Below, piece after piece: positions 19,794 through 28,454 of a DNA stretch of 36,835 nucleotides; positions within the stretch are counted from its first letter, which is position 1; each line of letters opens with the position of its first letter. The position numbers were made by a program, and so were the translations under genes. Origin of the DNA: an uncultured Verrucomicrobiota bacterium (GTDB lineage Bacteria > Verrucomicrobiota > Kiritimatiellia > CAIKKV01 > CAITUY01); assembly GCA_964406065.1 (NCBI GenBank), contig CAYOQM010000002.1:10318-47152 (forward strand), given 5' to 3'. The notes under the pieces are model-generated. The model was not told where the DNA came from. It saw only the letters and a program-made list of their open reading frames with translations, and did no database searches.

Positions 19794-20627
19794 CTATTCT
19801 TGCGGTATACGCAACTGAAATGAACGGCCGAATTTAGCTGAGTTGATCATTACCGGAGTAGTCTTGGCGCCCGAGACTGCACGATTCGTTGCCGTGATGG
19901 CATCCTGATTGCGAATCTGATTCTCAAGGATACCAATTTCTGCTTTTTCCCTGATTCCTTCAAGTTCTGCCAGTCGCTGTTCCAATTCCATCACTTTCCG
20001 GGCTACCATTGCATTTTCGATTTCAAGGGACGAAAGCTTATCCTTGAGTCGATCGATGTCGCTGTCACGCCCTGAAAGTTCGACATTCAGATTCGAGGAA
20101 ATGACGGAATGCGCCCAGAGGACGTTGCGCGTGATATCCTTGCGCATTTGGTTGGCATTCTGCGTGGCCATGAGCGTTGTCTTCTCACCCAACTGCTTGA
20201 TCTCCTGTCCGGCCTTGAAGCGGGTATTGAAGATATCCGCCTCAAGCGCTTTTGCGCGTTCCTGGTTCGTTCTGACTATGATCCCCAGTACCCCGAAAAT
20301 CCCGATCAAAAATCCGGCAAGGATCCAGAACATCCGTTTCCTGGATCGCTGACGTTCCTGGTCGAGGAATTTCTTGAATGAGTTAAGTACTGGAAGAGAC
20401 TCCTCGTTCAAGGCAGGATCACCGGCGCGAACCGGCAAATGTCCCGGATCGCGGATCGGTTCATGCGCTGGCGTGGAGAATCCTGAAGGGATCTCGGCTT
20501 GATCGCCTCGCGAATCCGTCATGCGTTCCGAAATGCGCGACAAGGCCTCAGCCTGAAGACGCAAAATTTCGGTAAGTCCATCCATCCCGCGCCGCTCCGA
20601 TCCCGAGTTCTTTTTTTCTTCTATCAT
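19794..20627 (-). CDS. hypothetical bitopic membrane protein with C-terminal coiled coil
   Basis: Single TM segment FWILAGFLIGIFGVLGIIV followed by heptad-like segments (IDRLKDKLSSLEIENAMVARKVMELEQRLAELEGIREK). The track start is TTG 20648. ATG 20627 overlaps the upstream gene's TGA as ATGA, so I prefer it (277 aa). Confidence 0.6.
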   Translation of the reverse strand: MIEEKKNSGSERRGMDGLTEILRLQAEALSRISERMTDSRGDQAEIPSGFSTPAHEPIRDPGHLPVRAGDPALNEESLPVLNSFKKFLDQERQRSRKRMFWILAGFLIGIFGVLGIIVRTNQERAKALEADIFNTRFKAGQEIKQLGEKTTLMATQNANQMRKDITRNVLWAHSVISSNLNVELSGRDSDIDRLKDKLSSLEIENAMVARKVMELEQRLAELEGIREKAEIGILENQIRNQDAITATNRAVSGAKTTPVMINSAKFGRSFQLRIPQE

Positions 20628-23200
20628 AATGATTTCCGCCGGAACCAACTGGACAGGGTCCCATCCTTATTGCTCTTTTGTCGTTTCAATGTTTCCCACT
20701 TCTTCAATTCTCGTTGAAGCTGGGCTTCAACGGAGCACAATGCCCGTCCTGAATGAACAGGATCAGTTTGTGGCGCCCTGCCATGCTGCCCAATTTTCAC
20801 TGTATTTCCGGAAGGCGAATCGTTGTGTCCGGCTTGATCCGGACCCAAATTAACCGTATGAATCACTTCCGCCTCCAGAACAGTACTTTTTTCAGGCTGC
20901 CCGACGCCATCTCTATTACCTCTTTTTCGGAGTTCGCGGATGAGACTCTCCCGTTTCTCAACCTCTTGCATGGCCTGGGCAAGTTGTTCGGATGAGGTCT
21001 TCAACTCACCCTGAATTTGCGTCAGTCGTTCTTCCGCCTCCCGTTCTTTCTGGAAGGTTTCCTTGCTTAATCCTTCATAGCGCGCCTGTAACAACTCCAT
21101 TTGGTGGCGGAGCAGTTCTTTCTGCTCAGCGGAGGCCTGCATTTCTCGCTGGAGCAGGTTAAGTCTTTCGGCCAGTGAAAGTTTTTGAACACGGGACTGC
21201 ATCTCCGCGTCCTGCACAGAAACTTCCGGAGGCGCTTTCATGCCACCCATCCAATCGATAGGAGCGGGACTGGATTTGTCGGCCACATCAAGGGTGCATT
21301 GTCGAGCCAGAACCAATCCATTCAAGTCAGACTGGAGTGCAGTCATTTCGTCTTTGAGCCGTTGTTCAGCCATCCGGTTGGCCTTCTGCGCCTTGACGAC
21401 CGACTCTTGTATCTGCGTCATTTGCAGGGCCAACGCACAGGCATTCTGTTTGCTCAATTGAAGATCCTTATCGAGCACCTCGTTTTTGGCCCGCAACACC
21501 GAGATTTTCCGGTCCGCCTCGATGCGCTGAGTTGCCAGATCGGTTTCCTGCTTACGGACAACCGCCTCCTTCTCCGTGAGAGCGGCCTGAACGGCATCCA
21601 GTCTTGAGACAACGGCGGTCATTTCGAGACGTAATTGCGTTAGAGAAACTGTCTCCTGGCTTGACCGTTCTTGTTCGCCACGAAGTGTCTGAAGTGCTAT
21701 TTCCAATCTGGACTGCATTTGGGCAATTTGTGCTTCGGCACTATTGCGAGCGACCTGCACATCGGACTCTAAATTCAGGATGTGTCTGCTACTGTCCTTC
21801 GACACGTTCTGCAATTCTTTAAACTTTACACTCAGCGAGTCATGTTCGATGTGTAATTTGGCTAATGTATCTTCATCGGCTCTGGCTTTAGCGGACGCCG
21901 TCTCAAAGGCATGACGGGTGTCTGCCCGTTCAGCTTCCAATTCCCCCTGCCGCTGATGAAGTTGTTGTTTCGTCGCGCGATTAACTTCTTTGGATTTCTG
22001 GAGATCACGGCAAGCATCCCCAAGTTGTTCCCGAATTGACGCAAGTTCCGTTTTCAGGCCATGGTTCTCGACCTGCAGCAAGCCAAGACGCTCCACCTCG
22101 GCACGGGCCTCGGCTACCTGCGCAACCAATCCAGAAATGGACTCTTTCCGGCGCGCAAGTTCTTGATCACGTTCGCCTAGGGCATGCTGAACATCGCTGC
22201 CAGTCCGCTCGGCTTCCAGCGCGCGTGCCTCCACACGATCCTGGTTCGCTCTCGATTCTTGCAGTTGATCTTTAAGTGAAGCCGTGAGGACTTGCTCAGC
22301 CTTTAGTTCATTTTCGTACTGGTCGCATTTAGCGCGAATCGCCGCCAGTTCGGATTCGCGGTCAGCCTCATCATAGATTGCCCTGCCCTCTCGTCGTTCG
22401 TTGCCAGTACGGTCCTGATTACTGCCACCCACCTGAGCGGCATATTCAGCCAACTGCCGTTGAGATTCCGCGACCTGTTTACCATTTGCCGCCTGTTCTC
22501 CGTCCGCCTCCGCGAGTTTCGCACGCAGTGTCACCACTTCGGCGTCCTTCTCCCTGAGGGTTATGTGCACAGAGGCCAGGCTGGCCCGCAACGTGTCCGC
22601 CTCACGAGAATGGGCCTCGAGCTGGGCTTGCGCGAGGCCTGATTCCGATAGATGGCGCTGGGTTTCCGAAACGAGTTTCTGGTTGATGGCCAGATCACGC
22701 TCCGCCTGCGCCAGCTTAGACGCAAGTACCGTCATCAGGGCATCCCGGTCCGCCACTTGTGAGACAGCGGTCGCTTGATCGCCGGCCAAAGCCGTAATAA
22801 CCTCGCCAACAAGATGACTGCACCCTGTCAACACCTGTCGGCATTCTGCGAGCAGCAAGGGGTGCAGCGTATCATCAAGCACAACCCCGCGGAGTGTATC
22901 TTTTTCAACCAAGGTGACTCCCTTGGGAATCGACGATTCAGCGGCAAGAATCCAAATGGCCAGTAAGTTAAGGGGGCCATAAGTGGTACCATCGTCGAAC
23001 TGAACAGACCAGTTCAAGCGTAATTCAGGATGAGCCTCTACGGGAGTCCAGGACGACCGGTTTACCGATAGGAAGCAGCCCGGAATGATCCGAGCATCGG
23101 TTGCCCACATGCACAGCGTGGCAATGTCAACCGGGCCGTATATTGTTCCCTCTGGCGTCCTGAGATAATGTTGAGCAACTGCTTGCACCGTTATAACCAA
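20624..23200 (-). CDS. giant coiled-coil protein with two N-terminal GYF_2-like (DUF4339-like) repeats
   Basis: 858 aa. The N-terminus has two similar segments, EGTIYGPVDIATLCMWATDARIIPG and DGTTYGPLNLLAIWILAAESSIPKG. About 650 aa of E/Q/R/A/L-rich heptad-like sequence follow, then a basic tail SSWFRRKSL. The start is uncertain (TTG 23200 or GTG 23188; no ATG upstream of the first repeat). It begins 18 nt downstream of the dnaE stop. Confidence 0.65.
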   Translation of the reverse strand: MVITVQAVAQHYLRTPEGTIYGPVDIATLCMWATDARIIPGCFLSVNRSSWTPVEAHPELRLNWSVQFDDGTTYGPLNLLAIWILAAESSIPKGVTLVEKDTLRGVVLDDTLHPLLLAECRQVLTGCSHLVGEVITALAGDQATAVSQVADRDALMTVLASKLAQAERDLAINQKLVSETQRHLSESGLAQAQLEAHSREADTLRASLASVHITLREKDAEVVTLRAKLAEADGEQAANGKQVAESQRQLAEYAAQVGGSNQDRTGNERREGRAIYDEADRESELAAIRAKCDQYENELKAEQVLTASLKDQLQESRANQDRVEARALEAERTGSDVQHALGERDQELARRKESISGLVAQVAEARAEVERLGLLQVENHGLKTELASIREQLGDACRDLQKSKEVNRATKQQLHQRQGELEAERADTRHAFETASAKARADEDTLAKLHIEHDSLSVKFKELQNVSKDSSRHILNLESDVQVARNSAEAQIAQMQSRLEIALQTLRGEQERSSQETVSLTQLRLEMTAVVSRLDAVQAALTEKEAVVRKQETDLATQRIEADRKISVLRAKNEVLDKDLQLSKQNACALALQMTQIQESVVKAQKANRMAEQRLKDEMTALQSDLNGLVLARQCTLDVADKSSPAPIDWMGGMKAPPEVSVQDAEMQSRVQKLSLAERLNLLQREMQASAEQKELLRHQMELLQARYEGLSKETFQKEREAEERLTQIQGELKTSSEQLAQAMQEVEKRESLIRELRKRGNRDGVGQPEKSTVLEAEVIHTVNLGPDQAGHNDSPSGNTVKIGQHGRAPQTDPVHSGRALCSVEAQLQRELKKWETLKRQKSNKDGTLSSWFRRKSL

Positions 23201-23218
23201 TCAGACAGACTTCTCGAT

Positions 23219-25078
23219 TCAACCGTTGTTGTTGTAATCGTTCTTGCGATACAGGGGGATCCGCTTCGGCTTGCGGCAGGCATTACTATTCACCACCACA
23301 TAGACAGAATTCTCCCCCAACGTATTTTCCAGAGCCTTAATTAGAGACTCATCACAGGTGACTTTATACTGAATATCGGTATTGAGGAACACTTTTTCTC
23401 CTGAAGGAAACTCCAGACAGATGTGAACATCCGTTCGTCCAGGGTGCGAATTCAGGATTTCCCTGACCCAGGTCATGATTTCCGGTTCACTCGATAACCG
23501 GCCCGTAGGAAAATGGATCCGGACGCGTTCGACAAACAGAGTTGGGCAATCACGCAAAAGATAGATCTCCTGGGCAATCATCCTGGGAACATCATCCTCG
23601 AATCGCACCTCGCCGCAAAGCATAATGGCCTGATCTTGAACAAGAATATGCTTATATTCGCGATAGGCTTCCGGATAGACCACAACCTCAATACTTCCGT
23701 CCAAGTCCTCCAATTTCAGGATGGCCATCGGCTCTTTTTTCTTGGTCAGTCGGGGGACTAAGGTTGCAATCAACCCGCCCAACCGTGTTATGGAACCAGA
23801 TTCGAGGGTCCTTAACTTCTGGACCGAAGTCAATTGGTAGCGTTCCAGCAAACTGGCGTACTGGCTTAGGGGATGTCCCGTCATATAGATCCCCAACAAT
23901 TCGCGTTCCCCGGCCAAAAGCTCGCTTTCGGACATGCGATCTGCCGGGGGTAAGGACGTGTCATCGACCGAGACATGGGGGCTGGCAGCCATCATGTCAA
24001 ATAGACTCGTCTGCCCGGAAGCCTTGTCGCGGGCAGCTGCATTGGCACGGTTCAGCGCAAAGTCAACACCGGCAATCATGCGAGCCCGGTCGGATCCGGG
24101 CAAATCGAATGCGCCGCATCGGATCAGGCTTTCGATAACCTTCTTATTGATCAGCTGGCCTTGCAGGCGTTGGCAGAAATCCATCAACCCTTTGTAGGGA
24201 CCTTTACGTTTGCGCTCCGCCACAACCTCTCTCGCCGCGCCTTCACCCACATTCTTGATTCCTGCCAACCCATAGCGTACAGCCTGGGGTGCGGGACTAA
24301 ACCGAACCTCACTTTCATTCACGTGCGGCGGCATAACCTCTAGCCCCATCGCCCGGCATTCAGTAATAAGAACCGGGATCTTGTCCAAATTGCCCATTTC
24401 GCTCGACAAAAGGGCCGACATGAATTCAGCCGGATAATGGGTTTTCAAGTAAGCCGTTTGAAAAGCCACAACGCTGTAGGCGGCGCTATGGGATTTGTTA
24501 AATCCATAGCCGGCAAATTTGTCGATCATGTTGAATACGTCTTCAGCCTGATTGACGGGAATCCGATTTGTCCGGGCACACCCCTCCACAAACTTCGCGC
24601 GCATCTTGGCCATTTCGTCTGCCTTTTTCTTTCCGATAGCGCGACGCAAATTGTCGCCCATGGCAAGGGAAAAGCCGGCCAGAACATTTGCCACACGCTG
24701 AACCTGCTCCTGATAGATCATATACCCGTAGGTTTCCTTCAGGATCGACTCCATCAGGGGATGCCCATATTCAATTTTTTCGCGTCCGAACTTACGGTTG
24801 ATGAAGCTGTCAATGAACTCCATGGGGCCCGGCCGATAGAGGGCGTTCATGGCGATAAGTTCTTCGATTACGGCGGGCCCCAGCTTCCGGAGACTTTCGC
24901 GCATCCCTGTGCTTTCGAATTGGAACACACCAACCGTGTCCCCGCGCTGAAACAACTCGAATGTCGCCTTATCATCCACGGGAATAGTTTCCATGTTGAT
25001 CGTCACACCTGCGGTCTGCTTGATCAAATCAACCGCCTCCTGAATGACGGTCAAGGTTTTCAAACCTAGGAAATCCAT
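23219..25078 (-). CDS. dnaE: DNA polymerase III alpha subunit, C-terminal portion (frame-disrupted gene, see findings)
   Basis: 619 aa starting inside the conserved MDFLGLKTLTVI motif, followed by the FNKSHSAAYSVVAFQTAYLKTHYP finger region, an HhH region and an OB-fold tail. Confidence 0.9.
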   Translation of the reverse strand: MDFLGLKTLTVIQEAVDLIKQTAGVTINMETIPVDDKATFELFQRGDTVGVFQFESTGMRESLRKLGPAVIEELIAMNALYRPGPMEFIDSFINRKFGREKIEYGHPLMESILKETYGYMIYQEQVQRVANVLAGFSLAMGDNLRRAIGKKKADEMAKMRAKFVEGCARTNRIPVNQAEDVFNMIDKFAGYGFNKSHSAAYSVVAFQTAYLKTHYPAEFMSALLSSEMGNLDKIPVLITECRAMGLEVMPPHVNESEVRFSPAPQAVRYGLAGIKNVGEGAAREVVAERKRKGPYKGLMDFCQRLQGQLINKKVIESLIRCGAFDLPGSDRARMIAGVDFALNRANAAARDKASGQTSLFDMMAASPHVSVDDTSLPPADRMSESELLAGERELLGIYMTGHPLSQYASLLERYQLTSVQKLRTLESGSITRLGGLIATLVPRLTKKKEPMAILKLEDLDGSIEVVVYPEAYREYKHILVQDQAIMLCGEVRFEDDVPRMIAQEIYLLRDCPTLFVERVRIHFPTGRLSSEPEIMTWVREILNSHPGRTDVHICLEFPSGEKVFLNTDIQYKVTCDESLIKALENTLGENSVYVVVNSNACRKPKRIPLYRKNDYNNNG

Positions 25079-25080
25079 TT

Positions 25081-26796
25081 TCAGCAGGCCAATTTTCCGA
25101 TGGGCTCCATCGCGTATTGAGTGATAACCTGCCCCTCCTTGTCACGCGCCAGGGGAACAATCTCGATGAGGGGCTTTTCACCAATGACCACTCCGGCGGC
25201 ATGGGTGCCGGCATTTCTGAAAAGCCCTTCCAGGACGAATCCATAGTCCAGGATTCTCTTGCAGTTTGCTTCCGTCTCGTAGGCCTTCTTGAATTCAGGG
25301 TTTTGCTCCAGCGCCTTGGCCAAGGATATCTTAGGATCGTCAGGAATCATCTTAGCGAGGCGGTCGCACTCAGCAAAAGGCAGTTCAAGCACACGCCCGA
25401 GATCGCGGATGACGGTTTTGGCGCCAAGTGACCCGAAGGTAATGATTTGGGCGCAATTCTCACGACCGTACTTGTCTTTGACGTAGTTGATGACCTCGTC
25501 ACGCCGGGTCTGGCAAAAATCGATGTCGAAATCCGGCGGTGAAACACGTTCCGGATTCAGAAAGCGTTCGAAAATCAATTCATACCGGATCGGATCGATC
25601 CCGGTAATCTCCAGGAGATACGCCACGAGGCTACCTGCTCCAGAGCCGCGACCGGGACCTACCGGAATGTTTTTGGTCTTTGCGTAGTGGATGAAATCCC
25701 ATACCACAAGGAAGTAGTTGATGAAGCCGGTCTTCTCAATGACAGACAATTCGTAGTTGCATCGCTCCACGAGAAGTTTCTCTCGGTCATCCCGGGGCTG
25801 GCTGCAAGCCTGCACCCCATAGCGCTTGAACAACCCCTCATGGCACAACTCGACCAGATACCCTTTCTGGGATGTCTCAGGGGGGACGGTGAACTGGGGA
25901 AAATGCAGCCCGTTGAAGTCGAATTCAAGGTTGCAGCGCTCTGCAATTCGCACCGTGTTCGTGATGGATTCGGGAACTTCCCGGAAAATCTGCGCCATTT
26001 CATCCCCGCTCTTGAAATAAAACTCCGAGGAGGGATATTTCATGCGCTTGGGATCACTGAGCACGGTCTGGGTCTGCAGGCACAGCATCATCTCGTGGGC
26101 TTCAGCATGTTCCCTCTTGATATAGTGAGCGTCATTTGTCGCCACCAGCCCGAGCCCGGTTTTCTTTGCTAACGCTACCAGGGCCTTGTTTACCTTGCGC
26201 TGTTCCGGCATAAGATGGTCCTGGATTTCAAGGTAAAAGTGATCCTTCCCGAACACCTCCGCGTAATAGGCGGCCAGCTTAAGGGCTCCGGGTTCGTCAT
26301 CGTCCAGCAGGCGACTCGGCACCTCTCCCTTGAGACAGGCCGAGAGTCCGATCAAACCGGCGGCATATTGCGACAGCAATTCATGATCAATTCGTGGCTT
26401 GTAGTAAAAGCCTTCAAGATGAGCCATGCTGGTCAGTCGAACCAGATTGCGGTACCCCTGCTCATTGGTGGCTAGAAGGATAAGATGATGGGCTTGTGAC
26501 TTAGAATGATCCTCCGTTTTACGGTCGAACCGGCTGCCCCCCGTGATATAAACTTCGCAGCCGATGATCGGCTTGATTCCGCTGTCGCGGGCGGCCTCGT
26601 AAAATGGAATCACTCCGTACATAACCCCGTGATCGGTGATCGCGACTGCGCTCATGCCTAAGGCCGAAACCGCACTAATTCTATCCGCTTCCCCCTTCTT
26701 CTTGGCCTTTTCACCCATGAGATCGCGGATGCGACAGGCGCCGTCGAGCATGCTGTACTCAGTATGGACATGGAGATGGACAAAAGGGGTTGGCAT
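25081..26796 (-). CDS. dnaE: DNA polymerase III alpha subunit, N-terminal portion (frame-disrupted gene, see findings)
   Basis: PHP domain (FVHLHVHTEYSMLDG) and palm with PPDFDIDFCQTRRDEVINYV. It ends ...ITQYAMEPIGKLAC* at TGA 25081-25083. The track start is TTG 26802. ATG 26796 (MPTPFVHLH) is more likely and lies 2 nt after the GNAT stop. Confidence 0.9.
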   Translation of the reverse strand: MPTPFVHLHVHTEYSMLDGACRIRDLMGEKAKKKGEADRISAVSALGMSAVAITDHGVMYGVIPFYEAARDSGIKPIIGCEVYITGGSRFDRKTEDHSKSQAHHLILLATNEQGYRNLVRLTSMAHLEGFYYKPRIDHELLSQYAAGLIGLSACLKGEVPSRLLDDDEPGALKLAAYYAEVFGKDHFYLEIQDHLMPEQRKVNKALVALAKKTGLGLVATNDAHYIKREHAEAHEMMLCLQTQTVLSDPKRMKYPSSEFYFKSGDEMAQIFREVPESITNTVRIAERCNLEFDFNGLHFPQFTVPPETSQKGYLVELCHEGLFKRYGVQACSQPRDDREKLLVERCNYELSVIEKTGFINYFLVVWDFIHYAKTKNIPVGPGRGSGAGSLVAYLLEITGIDPIRYELIFERFLNPERVSPPDFDIDFCQTRRDEVINYVKDKYGRENCAQIITFGSLGAKTVIRDLGRVLELPFAECDRLAKMIPDDPKISLAKALEQNPEFKKAYETEANCKRILDYGFVLEGLFRNAGTHAAGVVIGEKPLIEIVPLARDKEGQVITQYAMEPIGKLAC

Positions 26797-26798
26797 CT

Positions 26799-27296
26799 TC
26801 AATTTTTCACATCCATTGCCATCGCAACTTCAGGGCAGGTAAATGGAGAATCATACTTCGTGCAGTTGATGCATCCCATGTAAAGTTTATGCATCAGCGA
26901 AGCCTTGGGAACCTCCTTAAATCCCATCCTTGCAAAAAACCCGGGAGTAAAGGTCAAAACAATGATTTGGGAGGGATTCAATACCCGAATTCGCTTGATG
27001 GCGGCCTGGATTAGCTTGCCACCGACCCCTTTGTGCACCAAGGCCTTCTTCACGGCCAGGGACTTGATTTCCACCGCCGGATGCCGGACATGGCCAATTT
27101 CGGGAAGAATCGACCATGATACAGTGCCCACAATCCCTCCCTGCCATTCACAAACCAGTGATCGATCGATGTTTTCAGAAATGTCTGATATGGACCGCGG
27201 CAATAACTCCATGGGGTAGGTCTTGATCAGGGCGAATATAGATTCAGCGTCCTTGAAGGCCGCATTACGAACCGCGATGTCAGGTTTTGTTTTCAC
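26799..27296 (-). CDS. GNAT family N-acetyltransferase with Cys-rich C-terminal tail
   Basis: Acetyl-CoA-binding-like segment LAVKKALVHKGVGGKLIQAAI and tail MGCINCTKYDSPFTCPEVAM. The track ORF extends to ATG 27371. That would leave only 14-29 nt to the divergent permease gene, so I prefer GTG 27296 (VKTKPDIAVRNA...). The start is uncertain. Confidence 0.72.
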   Translation of the reverse strand: MKTKPDIAVRNAAFKDAESIFALIKTYPMELLPRSISDISENIDRSLVCEWQGGIVGTVSWSILPEIGHVRHPAVEIKSLAVKKALVHKGVGGKLIQAAIKRIRVLNPSQIIVLTFTPGFFARMGFKEVPKASLMHKLYMGCINCTKYDSPFTCPEVAMAMDVKN

Positions 27297-27400
27297 GCCA
27301 CAGAGAATACCGCAGCCCACTTCCCCCCGCCAAGAAAAAGATCGTCGATGACAATATATCGCTCTTGACATTATTCGCCCGATAGATGATTCAAGAGAGC

Positions 27401-28441
27401 ATGGACAGGTTAAGTTACTTTATTCGACGGCTTATTCTCGTCGTTCCTACATTTATTGGAATCACGTTAGTCTGTTACGGGATTGTCCAGGTGGTTCCCG
27501 GCGGTCCTGTTGAACAAGCTCTCATCCAAATGAGAGGCATTGGCGGAGGAGAGGCGAAAATCAGCGGCGGAAGTTCGGGATCCATTTCCGCAGAGCAACG
27601 CAAGGCCTTGGAAAAACATTTCGGATTCGACAAGCCGTTCCTGACGCGGTACTGGAAATGGCTAGTTCACGACCGACTCGGCATGGCGCAAGAGTCCTTC
27701 AAATACCCGAACAAAACGGCCTGGCAACTGATCCGTGAACGTTTCCCCGTATCTCTTATTTTCGGCCTCACCGGCATTGTGCTGAGCTACTTGATCTGCA
27801 TTCCTCTGGGGATTGTCAAGGCCCTGCGCAACGGCGGCAGATTCGACATGGCTTCCAGCGTGATAATTCTGGCCGGATATGCCATTCCCGCCCTAGCCTT
27901 GGGCATGGTGTTAAAAATGTTCGTTTGTGGAACTGTCGAGGGATTATGGGATATTCTCCCATTATCAGGATTCCATTCCGATAACTATGCGGCATTGAGC
28001 CTTGGAGGCAAGATCAGTGACACGGCCCAGCATATGGCACTTCCGGTGCTATGCTTTGTCATAGGCGACTTCGCGGTGCTCACCCTGCTCATGAAAAATT
28101 CCCTTCTCGAACAGATCTGAAAGGATTACCTGCGGACCGTTCTGGCCAAAGGCGGATCAGCCCGGAGGGCTGTTTGGGGTTACGCTTTGCGCAACGCCCT
28201 GATTCCCATTGCCACCGGGATCGGCGGCATTCTGGGCGTCATGTTCGCCGGTTCCGTCATTATCGAGCAGATCTTCGAAATTCCCGGAATGGGACGCTTG
28301 AGTCTGGAAGCGATCATCGGGCGCGATTACCCAGTTTTTATGGCTATTCTTGCCCTGACTTCTGTGCTGGGCTTGCTCGGCAACATCATTTCGGATTTCT
28401 GTTACGTCGTCATCGATCCCCGGATCAATTTCCATCGGTAA
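27401..28441 (+). pseudogene. YejB/DppB-family ABC transporter permease interrupted by one in-frame TGA (28118-28120)
   Basis: Track ORFs 27386-28120 and 28187-28441 are in the same frame (both coordinates = 2 mod 3), and the 22 codons between them are open. Read-through gives ...[46 protein letters not shown]...VIDPRINFHR, a full-length permease. The likely start is MDRLSYFIRRLILVVPTF (27401). No ATPase, second permease or binding-protein gene is adjacent. Confidence 0.8.
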
Positions 28442-28454
28442 CCGGACTCGCCGG

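Noticed and set aside
25076-25100. The dnaE break as an intein insertion, a naturally split gene or a mobile-element insertion.
   Set aside because: No extra sequence is present. The two halves abut seamlessly and the protein alignment is restored by a single base, so it is a simple frame offset.
28118-28120. The in-frame TGA in the permease as selenocysteine or a reassigned codon.
   Set aside because: TGA terminates several neighbouring well-defined genes at the expected protein ends, so there is no global reassignment. I could not see a convincing SECIS-type stem-loop in the 40 nt downstream. Sec in a cytoplasmic loop of an ABC permease has no precedent known to me. A nonsense mutation is more parsimonious.
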